The notes under the pieces: generated by a model
Seen by the model: the letters and a program-made list of their open reading frames with translations, nothing else
Database searches by the model: none
What the model was told of the DNA's origin: nothing
Sequence record: SRR22947727_1819
Direction: 5' to 3' (one strand)
DNA: 56,631 nucleotides
Made by a program: the position numbers and the translations under genes
Shown: positions 36,087 through 45,656 of the stretch, piece after piece
Numbering within the stretch: the stretch's first letter is position 1
Layout of the letters: every line of letters starts with the position of its first letter

Positions 36087-36965
36087 ATGACACTTCAAGA
36101 TAAAACAATATTTATGTCAGGTGGTTCAAGAGGCATCGGTCTTGAAATTGCCAAAAAATGTGCAGCAAATGGAGCTAATATAGCAATTGCAGCTAAAACT
36201 GCATCCCCGCACCCTAAGCTGAGCGGAACAATCTATACGGCAAGTAAAGAAATAGAAGCTGCAGGCGGAAAAGCACTCCCAATAGTTTGTGATATACGAA
36301 ATGAGGAAGCAGTAGATAATGCAATAAACTCTTGCATAAAAGAATTCGGAGGTATCGATATTTGTATAAATAACGCTAGTGCTGTTTCACCGACCCCAAC
36401 CACATTAACTCCCATGAAGCGTTACGACTTAATGAATGAGGTAAATGCGCGGGGGACTTTTATGCTAAGTCAAAAATGTTACCCCTATTTAAAAAAAGCT
36501 GTAAACCCACATATAGTTAATATAGCACCTCCTTTAGATATGGATAAACGATGGTTTAAAAATCATACAGCCTACACAATGGCAAAATATGGGATGAGCA
36601 TGTGCACATTAGGAATGGCTGAAGAGTTTCGGAAAGATGGAATTGCAGTAAACTCCCTTTGGCCGATGACTTCGATAGACACCGCAGCTGTTAGAAATAT
36701 ATTAGGGGGGGATAGCATGGCTAAAATGAGTCGACTCCCTACTATTATGGCAGACGCTTTATACGAATTAATTATTAAGCCCGCAGATGAAGTTACAGGA
36801 CAGTTTCTTATAGATGAGTTTGTCTTGGCTGAAGCAGGTGAAACTAATTTTAGTAAATACAATCAACCTAACTATGACGGACCTTTAGCTGCTGATTTTT
36901 TTATACCTAGCGAATGGGTAAATAGATCTGCCTCAAACGTTATGGAACATCCAGGATACTTATAA
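36087..36965 (+). CDS. short-chain dehydrogenase (HSDL2-like)
   Basis: SGGSRGIG, NNASA, YTMAKYGMS, NSLWP; AGGA RBS before ATG 36087. Confidence 0.9.
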   Translation: MTLQDKTIFMSGGSRGIGLEIAKKCAANGANIAIAAKTASPHPKLSGTIYTASKEIEAAGGKALPIVCDIRNEEAVDNAINSCIKEFGGIDICINNASAVSPTPTTLTPMKRYDLMNEVNARGTFMLSQKCYPYLKKAVNPHIVNIAPPLDMDKRWFKNHTAYTMAKYGMSMCTLGMAEEFRKDGIAVNSLWPMTSIDTAAVRNILGGDSMAKMSRLPTIMADALYELIIKPADEVTGQFLIDEFVLAEAGETNFSKYNQPNYDGPLAADFFIPSEWVNRSASNVMEHPGYL

Positions 36966-37384
36966 TGACAACCCTTAATGCTATTGAGCCTACCCCCGAA
37001 CAAATTAAGAAGTTTCTCTCTTATAAAAAAGCAGATGAGCCTGTTTATATGCTAAACCTTCTGAAATTTAAGAAAAAGGCAACTTACAAAAATGGCGAAG
37101 ACATATCTGGTCGAGAGGCTTATTCTCGTTATGCATCTGCTTTTTCTCAACTTGTTAAAGATCAAGGCATTGAGGGCGGCGGTACATGGGGAGGGAATAT
37201 GAACTCTTGGCTTATTGGGCAAGGAGAAGGTGAATGGGATGCAATAGGAATTTTTAAATACCCGAGCGCTGCGATTATGATTGAAACTGTTAGTTCAGAA
37301 GCGTATCGTAAAATACATAAACATCGCAGAGCCGGACTAGAAGGCCAATTATTAATTAGCTGTGATAATAACGGTGTATTTTGA
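36965..37384 (+). CDS. DUF1330 family protein
   Basis: PVYMLNLLKF, SGREAYSRY, WD....KYPS, HRRAGLEGQ. Confidence 0.82.
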   Translation: MTTLNAIEPTPEQIKKFLSYKKADEPVYMLNLLKFKKKATYKNGEDISGREAYSRYASAFSQLVKDQGIEGGGTWGGNMNSWLIGQGEGEWDAIGIFKYPSAAIMIETVSSEAYRKIHKHRRAGLEGQLLISCDNNGVF

Positions 37385-37423
37385 TAAAGTGATCAGTTTA
37401 CTTGGAATTAAGAAAGAAATAAA

Positions 37424-38122
37424 ATGTCAAATGTTACAATTAATATAATTAAAGGTGTTGCAACAATTACAATTGATGATGGCAAGGCAAATGCATTGGG
37501 TTCTATTGTATGGGCAGATTTAAATGCAGCAATGGATAAAGCTGAATCCGAAAAAGCTATTGTAATAATAACGGGCCGTGATGGAGTGATGTCAGGCGGG
37601 TTTGATTTAAAAGAAATGGGTGAGGGGCCTCAGGATGCACTGGTACTGACATCTAAAGGGTCTAAGTTTGCTCGAAGAATAATGTCTTTCCCAAGGCCAG
37701 TTATTATGGCCGCCCCAGGTCACACCATAGCGATGGGTGCCTTTCTTGCTCTGGCATGTGACTATTCCATGATAAAAGATGGTGATTACAAAATAGGCCT
37801 TAATGAAACACTCATTGGCATGACAATGCATAATTTTGGAATTGAAATGGGGCGTTATCATTTACCAAAATCTTATTTCAATCGTTGCGTTATAAATGGT
37901 GAAATTTTCGGTCCAAAAGCCTCAATGCATGCAGGGTTTTTTGATAAGGTAGTTCCTGCTGGTGAGTGGGAGGACTCTATACTTATGGTAGGAAAGTTAT
38001 TTGGACAAGTTAACCCTAAAGCTTTTCGTGAGACTAAGCTACGAAGCAGAAAAGAATTATTTAAAATACTGGATAAGGCAATTTCAGACGACCTCGACCG
38101 CACTAAAATTCACGCAATGTAG
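37424..38122 (+). CDS. crotonase/enoyl-CoA hydratase-isomerase family protein
   Basis: DDGKANAL, SGGFDL, GHTIAMGAFL, GLNE. Confidence 0.88.
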   Translation: MSNVTINIIKGVATITIDDGKANALGSIVWADLNAAMDKAESEKAIVIITGRDGVMSGGFDLKEMGEGPQDALVLTSKGSKFARRIMSFPRPVIMAAPGHTIAMGAFLALACDYSMIKDGDYKIGLNETLIGMTMHNFGIEMGRYHLPKSYFNRCVINGEIFGPKASMHAGFFDKVVPAGEWEDSILMVGKLFGQVNPKAFRETKLRSRKELFKILDKAISDDLDRTKIHAM

Positions 38123-38135
38123 AGCGGTTGATACT

Positions 38136-39041
38136 TTGCATCCAAAACCACAGCGTAAAAAGTACTTATTGAGGGATGGCGAGATGTCTGGAGTTCACTT
38201 CGGCTTCATCTCAAACCCTGTAAAACTTGTTATGCTCAATGCCAATGGCTTTAACGCATATAGTTATAAATCAATTCTACAGCCTTTGGGTTTTAATACT
38301 ATAGCGCTTGATATGCGAGGGCATGGCATGAGCAACTTACCGATAGATATACATAATTTAAAAAATTGGAATATTTTTAGGGATGATATAATTGAATTTT
38401 TTGACCGTTATATTAAAAATCCAGTCGTACTTGCTGGGCATAGTTATGGAGCTGTTTCTGGTATATTGGCAATGCCAGAAATAAAAAATAAAGTTACAGG
38501 GTTTGTCGGCTTTGACCCCGTACTCTTGCCTTGGCCGGCGAGGCTATTTAGTCATTTTTCTTGGTTCCGCGAAATAGCCAAACAGAAGCTTCCAGTAGCT
38601 AAACATGCGGGAAGGCGCAAATATAAGTTTGAAAGCTTTGAGGCAGCATTTGATCGATATAAAAAAAGAGGGGTATTTAAGGATTTTACGAATGATGCCT
38701 TAAAAAACTATCTCATTGGAGGATTAGTTTATGATGATGAAGGCGTGAAGTTATCTTGTAACCCTCTATGGGAGCAGGCAATATATGCGGCACAGGCTCA
38801 TAATGTATTTAATTCTATAAAATATTTACCCCAGAAAAATTCTGATATTATATTTGCAGGGAGAAGAGGGTCTGTCAGTTACCAGTCAGGACGCAATGCC
38901 TTTGAACGAAAATTAGGTAAAAATAGCGTTTCTTATAACTTAGAACTAGATCACATGTTTCCATTTAATAATCCAGATTTTGCGATATCTCGATTACAAG
39001 AAGCCCTTAGTAAATCTGCTTTAAATCCTCAAGCCGTCTAA
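38136..39041 (+). CDS. alpha/beta hydrolase
   Basis: NANGF, DMRGHG, GHSYG nucleophile elbow, DHMFP; start uncertain (TTG 38136 chosen to avoid a long overlap). Confidence 0.82.
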   Translation: MHPKPQRKKYLLRDGEMSGVHFGFISNPVKLVMLNANGFNAYSYKSILQPLGFNTIALDMRGHGMSNLPIDIHNLKNWNIFRDDIIEFFDRYIKNPVVLAGHSYGAVSGILAMPEIKNKVTGFVGFDPVLLPWPARLFSHFSWFREIAKQKLPVAKHAGRRKYKFESFEAAFDRYKKRGVFKDFTNDALKNYLIGGLVYDDEGVKLSCNPLWEQAIYAAQAHNVFNSIKYLPQKNSDIIFAGRRGSVSYQSGRNAFERKLGKNSVSYNLELDHMFPFNNPDFAISRLQEALSKSALNPQAV

Positions 39042-39944
39042 AATATTATTTTGTAAAACTTCGACTTGTCTTTCATTAGCTTTTATTAATTTGCGGCTTT
39101 TTAAATTAAATAAACACCCGGCACCAATCATTGAAAATATACAGTCTCCCGTAACAGAATTAACAATATGATGCACTATTTTACGTGTATATTTATCCCC
39201 TTCTATCAATCCTGAATAAAATCGATAAGCATCCCCCGCAACCTGAGCTTTATGGATAAAAATTTGGGCTTCCAATAATGCGCCTGAGTTTTCTCCATTT
39301 TTATATAATGGATCTCTAAATTCTGGGTAGCCGTCAAGCATATGTGCAAGTGTTTCTGTGGCTCGCCCCATTAAGGCTTGAGGGGTTATCTTTCCATCAG
39401 TCCCAGCTTCATGAAGTTGAAAAACACCTGCGCCTATTTGCTTTGCAGAAATTTTAATAAGCTCACTTTCATGAGGATTCCAAGATTCTGTTTCATGTTT
39501 TATATTTCTTAATTTAGCCTCAAGGGGCTGAATGATATTATAACGTTCTGCGGATTGAAAAAATCCTTTAGGCCAAATGGCGGCTGTTTCAGTACTTAAA
39601 TTGATATGTTCGACATTCTCAACTATGGTTGAGGCCACTCTTCCATCTAAATGATACATTATATGACAAATCTTTGCTGCTTTTTTTGAGATTTCCAAAC
39701 AACCAGACTCTATATATAATGGGTCGTCTGGTCGGGCTTCGTCTATATATCTAATATAAAAACTTTTGACCTTAACGGTTGTTAAAGATTGCTTTCGAAA
39801 AGCAAGGGGTAGCCCGGTACTGATAAAAAACATTTGACGGGCTTGCTGTACTTTAGTCATGTAGTGGCGCATATTAAGGTGCCCTAGACCGTCACACTCC
39901 CAAGCTGAACATTCACCCGACCATGTTTTAAAAAATTTACCCAT
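39021..39944 (-). CDS. double hotdog acyl-CoA thioesterase-like protein
   Basis: WECDGLGHLNMRHY (4HBT-type motif) plus a second degenerate hotdog domain. Confidence 0.75.
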   Translation of the reverse strand: MGKFFKTWSGECSAWECDGLGHLNMRHYMTKVQQARQMFFISTGLPLAFRKQSLTTVKVKSFYIRYIDEARPDDPLYIESGCLEISKKAAKICHIMYHLDGRVASTIVENVEHINLSTETAAIWPKGFFQSAERYNIIQPLEAKLRNIKHETESWNPHESELIKISAKQIGAGVFQLHEAGTDGKITPQALMGRATETLAHMLDGYPEFRDPLYKNGENSGALLEAQIFIHKAQVAGDAYRFYSGLIEGDKYTRKIVHHIVNSVTGDCIFSMIGAGCLFNLKSRKLIKANERQVEVLQNNILDGLRI

Positions 39945-40061
39945 ATAGTTTCCTTATACATTTTAGCTCATTCAAACTATCTATTATTTAATAAAAATAT
40001 TGAAAAATTATTTGTTAGAATTCAATAGTTGATAGACTTAGTTAAATTGTTTAAAGGCGCT

Positions 40062-40089
40062 CTTGAAATTAGTTTTTTTAACCTCATAT
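40062..40089 (+). promoter_or_regulatory. putative RpoH (sigma32) promoter
   Basis: CTTGAA-N14-CCTCATAT upstream of sapC. Confidence 0.55.
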
Positions 40090-40118
40090 TGATTATTATA
40101 CTAAAATAAGGGACTACC

Positions 40119-40907
40119 ATGGCCGATAAGAAAGAAAATGCGACTGTATCTGGAAATGTAATGTTTTATCAGAACCCACAACCGCTCACAAAAGACAAGC
40201 ATCAAAAGTTTGGTGTTAGTCCAATAACAAAACCATTTGAATTTATGGCCGACCAACATTTTATGCCGCTTACTGCACCTGAATTCGGGGCAGCTGCAGC
40301 ATCATATCCTGTAATTTTCGCAGGCGAAGAGCGTTCTCCTTTAGCTGTAATGGGCGTAAGGACTGGTGAGAATTTATTTGTTAATGATGGTGAGTTTGAG
40401 CAAGACTTTTACTTACCAGCATTTGCTCGCCGCTTTCCCTTTGTATTGGCTAACGACAAGCCAAATGGCCGTTTTGTAGTTTGCGTTGATGAAGGTGCAA
40501 AGTGCGTTACAAATAAAAAACCACAACAAAAATTTTTCGATGGCGATGATACATCTGCTTTCACAAAAGAAGCTTTTCAGTTTTTACAAAATTTCGAACG
40601 GGACAGACAAGCAACTGAACGAATGATTGGGGTTTTTAAAGAGCTTGATTTATTTGAGCAGAAAGAAATGAACTTTCAAGGACAGAATGCAGATGGCTCT
40701 CCTGCGGAACAACAAAGAATCGCCGATTACTACGCTATAACTGAAGATAGATTAAAAGGTCTTTCTGCTGAAAAACTGAAAGAGTTTACGGATAATGGCT
40801 ACTTAGCTGTTGCTCACTCACACATGATTTCATTAGGAAACTGGCAACGGCTGGTTAATAAAACTCTCAGACGTGTTAATGAGGCAGCAGCAGCAGAGAA
40901 AAAGTAA
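40119..40907 (+). CDS. SapC family protein
   Basis: PLTAPEF..AA..YPVIF, GENLFV, YLPAFARRFPF, AHSHMISLGNW. Confidence 0.88.
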   Translation: MADKKENATVSGNVMFYQNPQPLTKDKHQKFGVSPITKPFEFMADQHFMPLTAPEFGAAAASYPVIFAGEERSPLAVMGVRTGENLFVNDGEFEQDFYLPAFARRFPFVLANDKPNGRFVVCVDEGAKCVTNKKPQQKFFDGDDTSAFTKEAFQFLQNFERDRQATERMIGVFKELDLFEQKEMNFQGQNADGSPAEQQRIADYYAITEDRLKGLSAEKLKEFTDNGYLAVAHSHMISLGNWQRLVNKTLRRVNEAAAAEKK

Positions 40908-40930
40908 GATCTATAATAGTGATTAAATAT

Positions 40931-40955
40931 AACCCACCTTGTGGTGGGTTTTTTT
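40931..40955 (+). terminator. rho-independent terminator
   Basis: AACCCACC-TTGT-GGTGGGTT followed by a T-run. Confidence 0.85.
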
Positions 40956-41094
40956 ATACTTTAGTTTTATACACAAAGTATGTATTTCTGGTTTATGACA
41001 ATTTCCTTATCGTGAACTAAAACACAGTGTGCTACTAATGAACATAGATTTATAACTAATATACGATTATAGATATAATAGGAAAGGGTAGATT

Positions 41095-43149
41095 ATGCGG
41101 GTATTAATTTTATCCTTAGTTATGATGCTAACTTCTTTTTCCGCACTAGCAGTTCAGTCTCCCTCGGTTGATACTGGGCGAGTAAAGGCCAGTTTAATAA
41201 GTAGTCATGACAGAGTTTTACCTGGTAATAAATTCTATATAGCTCTTCAAACAAAGCTGGATAAAAAATGGCACACTTATTGGCGAAATCCCGGCGACAG
41301 CGGGGAACCGGTTGATATTGAATGGGTTTTACCGCCGGGCATAACTGCAAGCGGGATTAACTGGATCCCTCCTAAAGTTATTCAAACAGGTCCAATAGTA
41401 AACTATGGGTATGAAGGATCACCTTTGTTTCCTGTTCAGTTTACAGTCAGCGAAGATATAAAATTAGACTCAGTTATTACTATAATTGGAAATTTTTACT
41501 ACCTTGTGTGTAAAGATATATGCATACCTGAAAATGGAAGTTTAAGTTTGTCAATTTCTATAGGCCCAACTTTAGTCGATTTATTACAAGCAGCAAAAAT
41601 TGAAGCGTCTCTTTCAAAGGTTCCTAAGAAAGGAAATATCGAGGGAGTGTTTAATATTATCGACGATAAAGTAAAAATGGAATTCAAAAACTTTTCCCAG
41701 GGGAAAATCTCCTCAGCTTATTTTTATCCCTATGAAAACGACATATTGATAAATAATGCAGAACAATCTGCTACAAAAAGCAATACAGGTCTAATTTTAA
41801 CTACAATCTCTTCAGCAAGTTCCAAAGATATTATTCCAGAAAAAGTAATAGGAGTTTTAACTTATAGTTTGGATGGGAAAGATAAAAGTGAAGAAGTAGA
41901 GTTAGTACCGCAAGTTATTATATCTAATCAAAAAATACAGCCAGAGCAAAACTCATTGAGTTTGTCTTTCCTAAGCGCTTTTCTTGGTGCTTTTCTTGGA
42001 GGGATTATATTAAACTTTATGCCTTGTGTTTTCCCAGTAATATCTATGAAAGCTCTGGCAATAGCAAAATTAGCCCATGGAGAAAAGACAGCTGTAAGAC
42101 GTGATGCACTGATGTATTCATTCGGGGTAATGATCACATTTCTATTTTTAGCAATTGCAATTATATTGGTAAAATCGAGCGGAGCTAAAATTGGTTGGGG
42201 GTTCCATCTCCAGTCCCCTGAAGTTGTGTCAGTTTTGGCAATTGTATTCTTTTTAGCCGGATTAAGTCTATTGGGTTTATTTGAGATAAACTCATTTCTT
42301 CAAAACTTTAGTGGCAGAGTAGTAGAGAGGTATAAAATGACAAATTCATTTTTTACGGGAGCTTTTGCTGTTATTGTTGCCACGCCCTGCACTGCTCCTT
42401 TCATGGCTGGAGCGTTAGGATATGCTTTTGTTGCTTCAAGCGCTATAACTGTAACCATATTAATATCCTTAGGGGCAGGCTTTGCTTCTCCTTTTTTACT
42501 GTTAGCCTACTTTCCACACATGGTTTCTAGACTACCCAAGCCAGGCCTTTGGATGATACATTTTAAAGAAGCATTATCATTCCCCATGTTTGCAGCTTCT
42601 ATATGGTTAGTTTGGGTACTTAATCAACAGGTAGGCTCAGACGGTACGGCCAAAATATTAATATCTTTTTTACTATTCGTTATAGCAATTTGGTTCATGA
42701 AGAACGATATCATATTTAAAAAATTATTTGTTCCAATATTATTGCTAATAGCATTTTTATTACCCCTATCTGGAAATAATGATGCCCTAAACAAGGGTGC
42801 CTTTTATAATTCTTATGCTGAAGAGTGGTCTTTAAAAAGAGTTGCAGAACTTAATAAAGAAGGCCGAAAAATATTTGTAGATTTTACTGCAGCTTGGTGC
42901 GTTACATGCAAATATAACGAAAAAATAATTTTAAATGACTCAAGAGTTAAGAAGTTATTTCAGGATACTAATACTGCATTTTTAATTGCAGATTGGACAA
43001 ATAAAAATTCTATTATAGCCAACGAACTAAATAAACATGGTCGAGCAGGAATACCGCTGTATTTGGTATATGATGGCATTTCAATAAAGCCAAAAATACT
43101 TCCTCAAACATTAAACTACAAAGTTATTAAAACTGCTATTTACGAATGA
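41095..43149 (+). CDS. dsbD: thiol:disulfide interchange protein, DsbD family
   Basis: WHTYWRNPGDSG, VCKDICIP, MPCVFP, TPCTAP, DFTAAWCVTC. Confidence 0.9.
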   Translation: MRVLILSLVMMLTSFSALAVQSPSVDTGRVKASLISSHDRVLPGNKFYIALQTKLDKKWHTYWRNPGDSGEPVDIEWVLPPGITASGINWIPPKVIQTGPIVNYGYEGSPLFPVQFTVSEDIKLDSVITIIGNFYYLVCKDICIPENGSLSLSISIGPTLVDLLQAAKIEASLSKVPKKGNIEGVFNIIDDKVKMEFKNFSQGKISSAYFYPYENDILINNAEQSATKSNTGLILTTISSASSKDIIPEKVIGVLTYSLDGKDKSEEVELVPQVIISNQKIQPEQNSLSLSFLSAFLGAFLGGIILNFMPCVFPVISMKALAIAKLAHGEKTAVRRDALMYSFGVMITFLFLAIAIILVKSSGAKIGWGFHLQSPEVVSVLAIVFFLAGLSLLGLFEINSFLQNFSGRVVERYKMTNSFFTGAFAVIVATPCTAPFMAGALGYAFVASSAITVTILISLGAGFASPFLLLAYFPHMVSRLPKPGLWMIHFKEALSFPMFAASIWLVWVLNQQVGSDGTAKILISFLLFVIAIWFMKNDIIFKKLFVPILLLIAFLLPLSGNNDALNKGAFYNSYAEEWSLKRVAELNKEGRKIFVDFTAAWCVTCKYNEKIILNDSRVKKLFQDTNTAFLIADWTNKNSIIANELNKHGRAGIPLYLVYDGISIKPKILPQTLNYKVIKTAIYE

Positions 43150-43176
43150 CTTTATACATGACTATGAGATTAAACG

Positions 43177-44763
43177 ATGAACATTAAATCTAATCACCTT
43201 AAGCTGAAGTATAAAAACCTTGAAAAGTTAGCTAAAGATGACTTGAAAATAAGCCATTTAATGAAAGCAGAATCTGATCGTCTTGAAAATTTCGTGCTGA
43301 GGGAAGGTCCCCTCAGAGCAGATTTCTCAAAACAATTAGTAAGTCAAAAGACACTAAAGTCCCTTAAAGAATTTGCAGCTGCATGTAACCTCGAGGAGTG
43401 GCGGGCTAAACTATTTGCAGGTGAAAAGATAAATGATTCTGAAAATAGAGCCGTTCTCCATATGGCTTTACGTGATATCGGCGGTTCAGATTCCGTGAAA
43501 GAAAATGTTCGGTCTATGCGAAAACGCATGGAAAAATTTGCAAATAACATAAGGGCAGAAGGAAAGTTTAATTCAATAGTGCATATTGGCATTGGTGGCT
43601 CAGACCTTGGGCCACGCCTAGTCGCTGATGCTTTCCGAGCAACCGCAGATATAAAATTTGATTTACGGTTTGCAGAAAATATCGATGGGGCATCCATAAA
43701 CGATGCATTAGATGGCTTAAATCCCAAGAAAACATTGATCATTGTAGTTTCTAAATCCTTCACTACACAAGAAACACATATGAATGCCGAAGCTGCTTTT
43801 AAATGGCTTGAGTCCGAGCTTGGGGTAAACGCAGGGAAACATTTAGTAGCTGTTACAGCAAATAGGCAGGGCGCAATAGACTTTAAAGTTCCCGAGGAAC
43901 AAATCTTTGATTTTTGGGACTGGGTTGGTGGTCGATATTCTGTGTGGAGCTCGGTTGGCTTATCCCTTCAAATAGCATTTGGCCCATCTCTGTTTGGAGA
44001 ATTTTTAAAAGGCGCATCAAAAATGGATTTACATTTTCGTGACCAACCCTTGCATGAAAACTTACCAGTTATGATGGCTATTATAGGTATCTGGAATCGA
44101 AATTTTTTGAATTATAGCTCTCTTGCTGTAATCCCATACTCAAGAAACATACGAAAGTTACCGGCCTTCTTACAGCAACTCGAAATGGAATCTAATGGAA
44201 AGCAGATAAATAGAGAAGGTGTTTATACGGGAATTACTTGTCCAATTATTTGGGGGGATCAGGGAACAAATGGCCAGCACGCTTTCTTCCAGTGGCTACA
44301 CCAAGGTACGCCAGGCGCACCTGTTGATTTTATAGCGGTTTTAAAAGACTCTAGTGGAAGACCTGAGCATCATGCCGCCTTACTAGCAAATTGTTTTGCT
44401 CAATCAGAAGCATTAATGTTGGGTAAATCCAAAGAACAAGTTCTTCAAGAAATAGGCGATGGATTTAAGTCTGATATCATTGCACAACAAAAAACATTCC
44501 CTGGGAACCGGCCATCTACAACAATTACTTTAGATAATCTTACCCCATACTCTCTTGGCCACTTAATAGCTCTTTATGAGCACAAAGTTTTTGTTCAAGG
44601 CGTAATTTGGAATATTAATAGTTTTGATCAATGGGGAGTGGAGTTAGGTAAAGTTTTAGCATCTAATATACTTCAGGAAATGCAAACCGGAACAGAAGGT
44701 AAACATGATGCAAGTACATCAAAATTAATTGAGCTATTCGTTAATAGTATGAAGAATTCCTAA
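43177..44763 (+). CDS. pgi: glucose-6-phosphate isomerase
   Basis: IGIGGSDLGP, SKSFTTQET, WDWVGGRYS, MESNGK, FDQWGVELGK. Confidence 0.97.
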   Translation: MNIKSNHLKLKYKNLEKLAKDDLKISHLMKAESDRLENFVLREGPLRADFSKQLVSQKTLKSLKEFAAACNLEEWRAKLFAGEKINDSENRAVLHMALRDIGGSDSVKENVRSMRKRMEKFANNIRAEGKFNSIVHIGIGGSDLGPRLVADAFRATADIKFDLRFAENIDGASINDALDGLNPKKTLIIVVSKSFTTQETHMNAEAAFKWLESELGVNAGKHLVAVTANRQGAIDFKVPEEQIFDFWDWVGGRYSVWSSVGLSLQIAFGPSLFGEFLKGASKMDLHFRDQPLHENLPVMMAIIGIWNRNFLNYSSLAVIPYSRNIRKLPAFLQQLEMESNGKQINREGVYTGITCPIIWGDQGTNGQHAFFQWLHQGTPGAPVDFIAVLKDSSGRPEHHAALLANCFAQSEALMLGKSKEQVLQEIGDGFKSDIIAQQKTFPGNRPSTTITLDNLTPYSLGHLIALYEHKVFVQGVIWNINSFDQWGVELGKVLASNILQEMQTGTEGKHDASTSKLIELFVNSMKNS

Positions 44764-45606
44764 TTAAATTCCAAGATTTTTTTTCTTCGGTAGCTCAGTG
44801 AATTGTCCTTGACGTTTTTGCTTTGTAGAAACCATGGCCTCTGTCATCTCGGAAGGGGAAAGCATAGACATATTCCAAACGGCTATATTATCTAATGTAT
44901 CCATGGTAGTATGGTCGCGAGAGTATGTTATTATTCGTTTGCACCCATAAACTGCTAGTGGTGGTTTGGTTGCTATTTCTTTTGCTATAGCCATAACTGA
45001 GCTAATCATTTTTTCTTTATTTTCATAAACATTATTGAAAAGACCCCGTTCTTTACATTCCACTGCAGGCATTTTCCGGCCGGTATATGCTAGTTCACGT
45101 ACTACACCTTCGGGCATATGATTAAGTATACGAGGAAAAGTACCTACATCAGCGGTCATTCCTACATTTATTTCAAATATTGTAATAAAACTATCATTAG
45201 TACCAAAACGCATATCACAGGCTGTTATAAGATCTACCCCTCCACCATAACAACCCCCTTGAATTGCCGCGATTACGGGTATCCTACATTGTTCAATTGC
45301 GGTGAAACTATTTTGCAAGGGTAATACATTATTATTATAAAATTCTAAGCCGTATTGCGGACTGTTTTTATCACTACTACCGCCTATATCGCTAGCAAAC
45401 ATTCCAATATCTATTCCAGCAGAAAAGACTGGCCCTGTTGATGATATAACTATAACTCTAGCTTTTGAGTTATCGTCAATATCACGAATTATTGCAGGTA
45501 ACTCTGTCCAAAAATCCTTAACCATAGCATTACGTTTCTCGGGGCGGTTCATGACAACATGTGCAATATTATTGGAGAAGGACACTTCAAAACACTTATA
45601 TTTCAT
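44764..45606 (-). CDS. crotonase family protein (dienoyl-CoA isomerase-like)
   Basis: NRPEKRNAM, FSAGID, GGCYGGGVDLITACD, E..VGMTADVGT. Confidence 0.88.
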   Translation of the reverse strand: MKYKCFEVSFSNNIAHVVMNRPEKRNAMVKDFWTELPAIIRDIDDNSKARVIVISSTGPVFSAGIDIGMFASDIGGSSDKNSPQYGLEFYNNNVLPLQNSFTAIEQCRIPVIAAIQGGCYGGGVDLITACDMRFGTNDSFITIFEINVGMTADVGTFPRILNHMPEGVVRELAYTGRKMPAVECKERGLFNNVYENKEKMISSVMAIAKEIATKPPLAVYGCKRIITYSRDHTTMDTLDNIAVWNMSMLSPSEMTEAMVSTKQKRQGQFTELPKKKNLGI

Positions 45607-45656
45607 TAAATCTCTTTCTTTATTTTATGTGATTCCGATAAAGTGTCATAAGTAAA

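Noticed and set aside
38001-38135. N-terminal extension of the alpha/beta hydrolase overlapping the crotonase by 122 bp
   Set aside because: Probably an ORF-caller artefact; hydrolase-like sequence begins after the crotonase stop.
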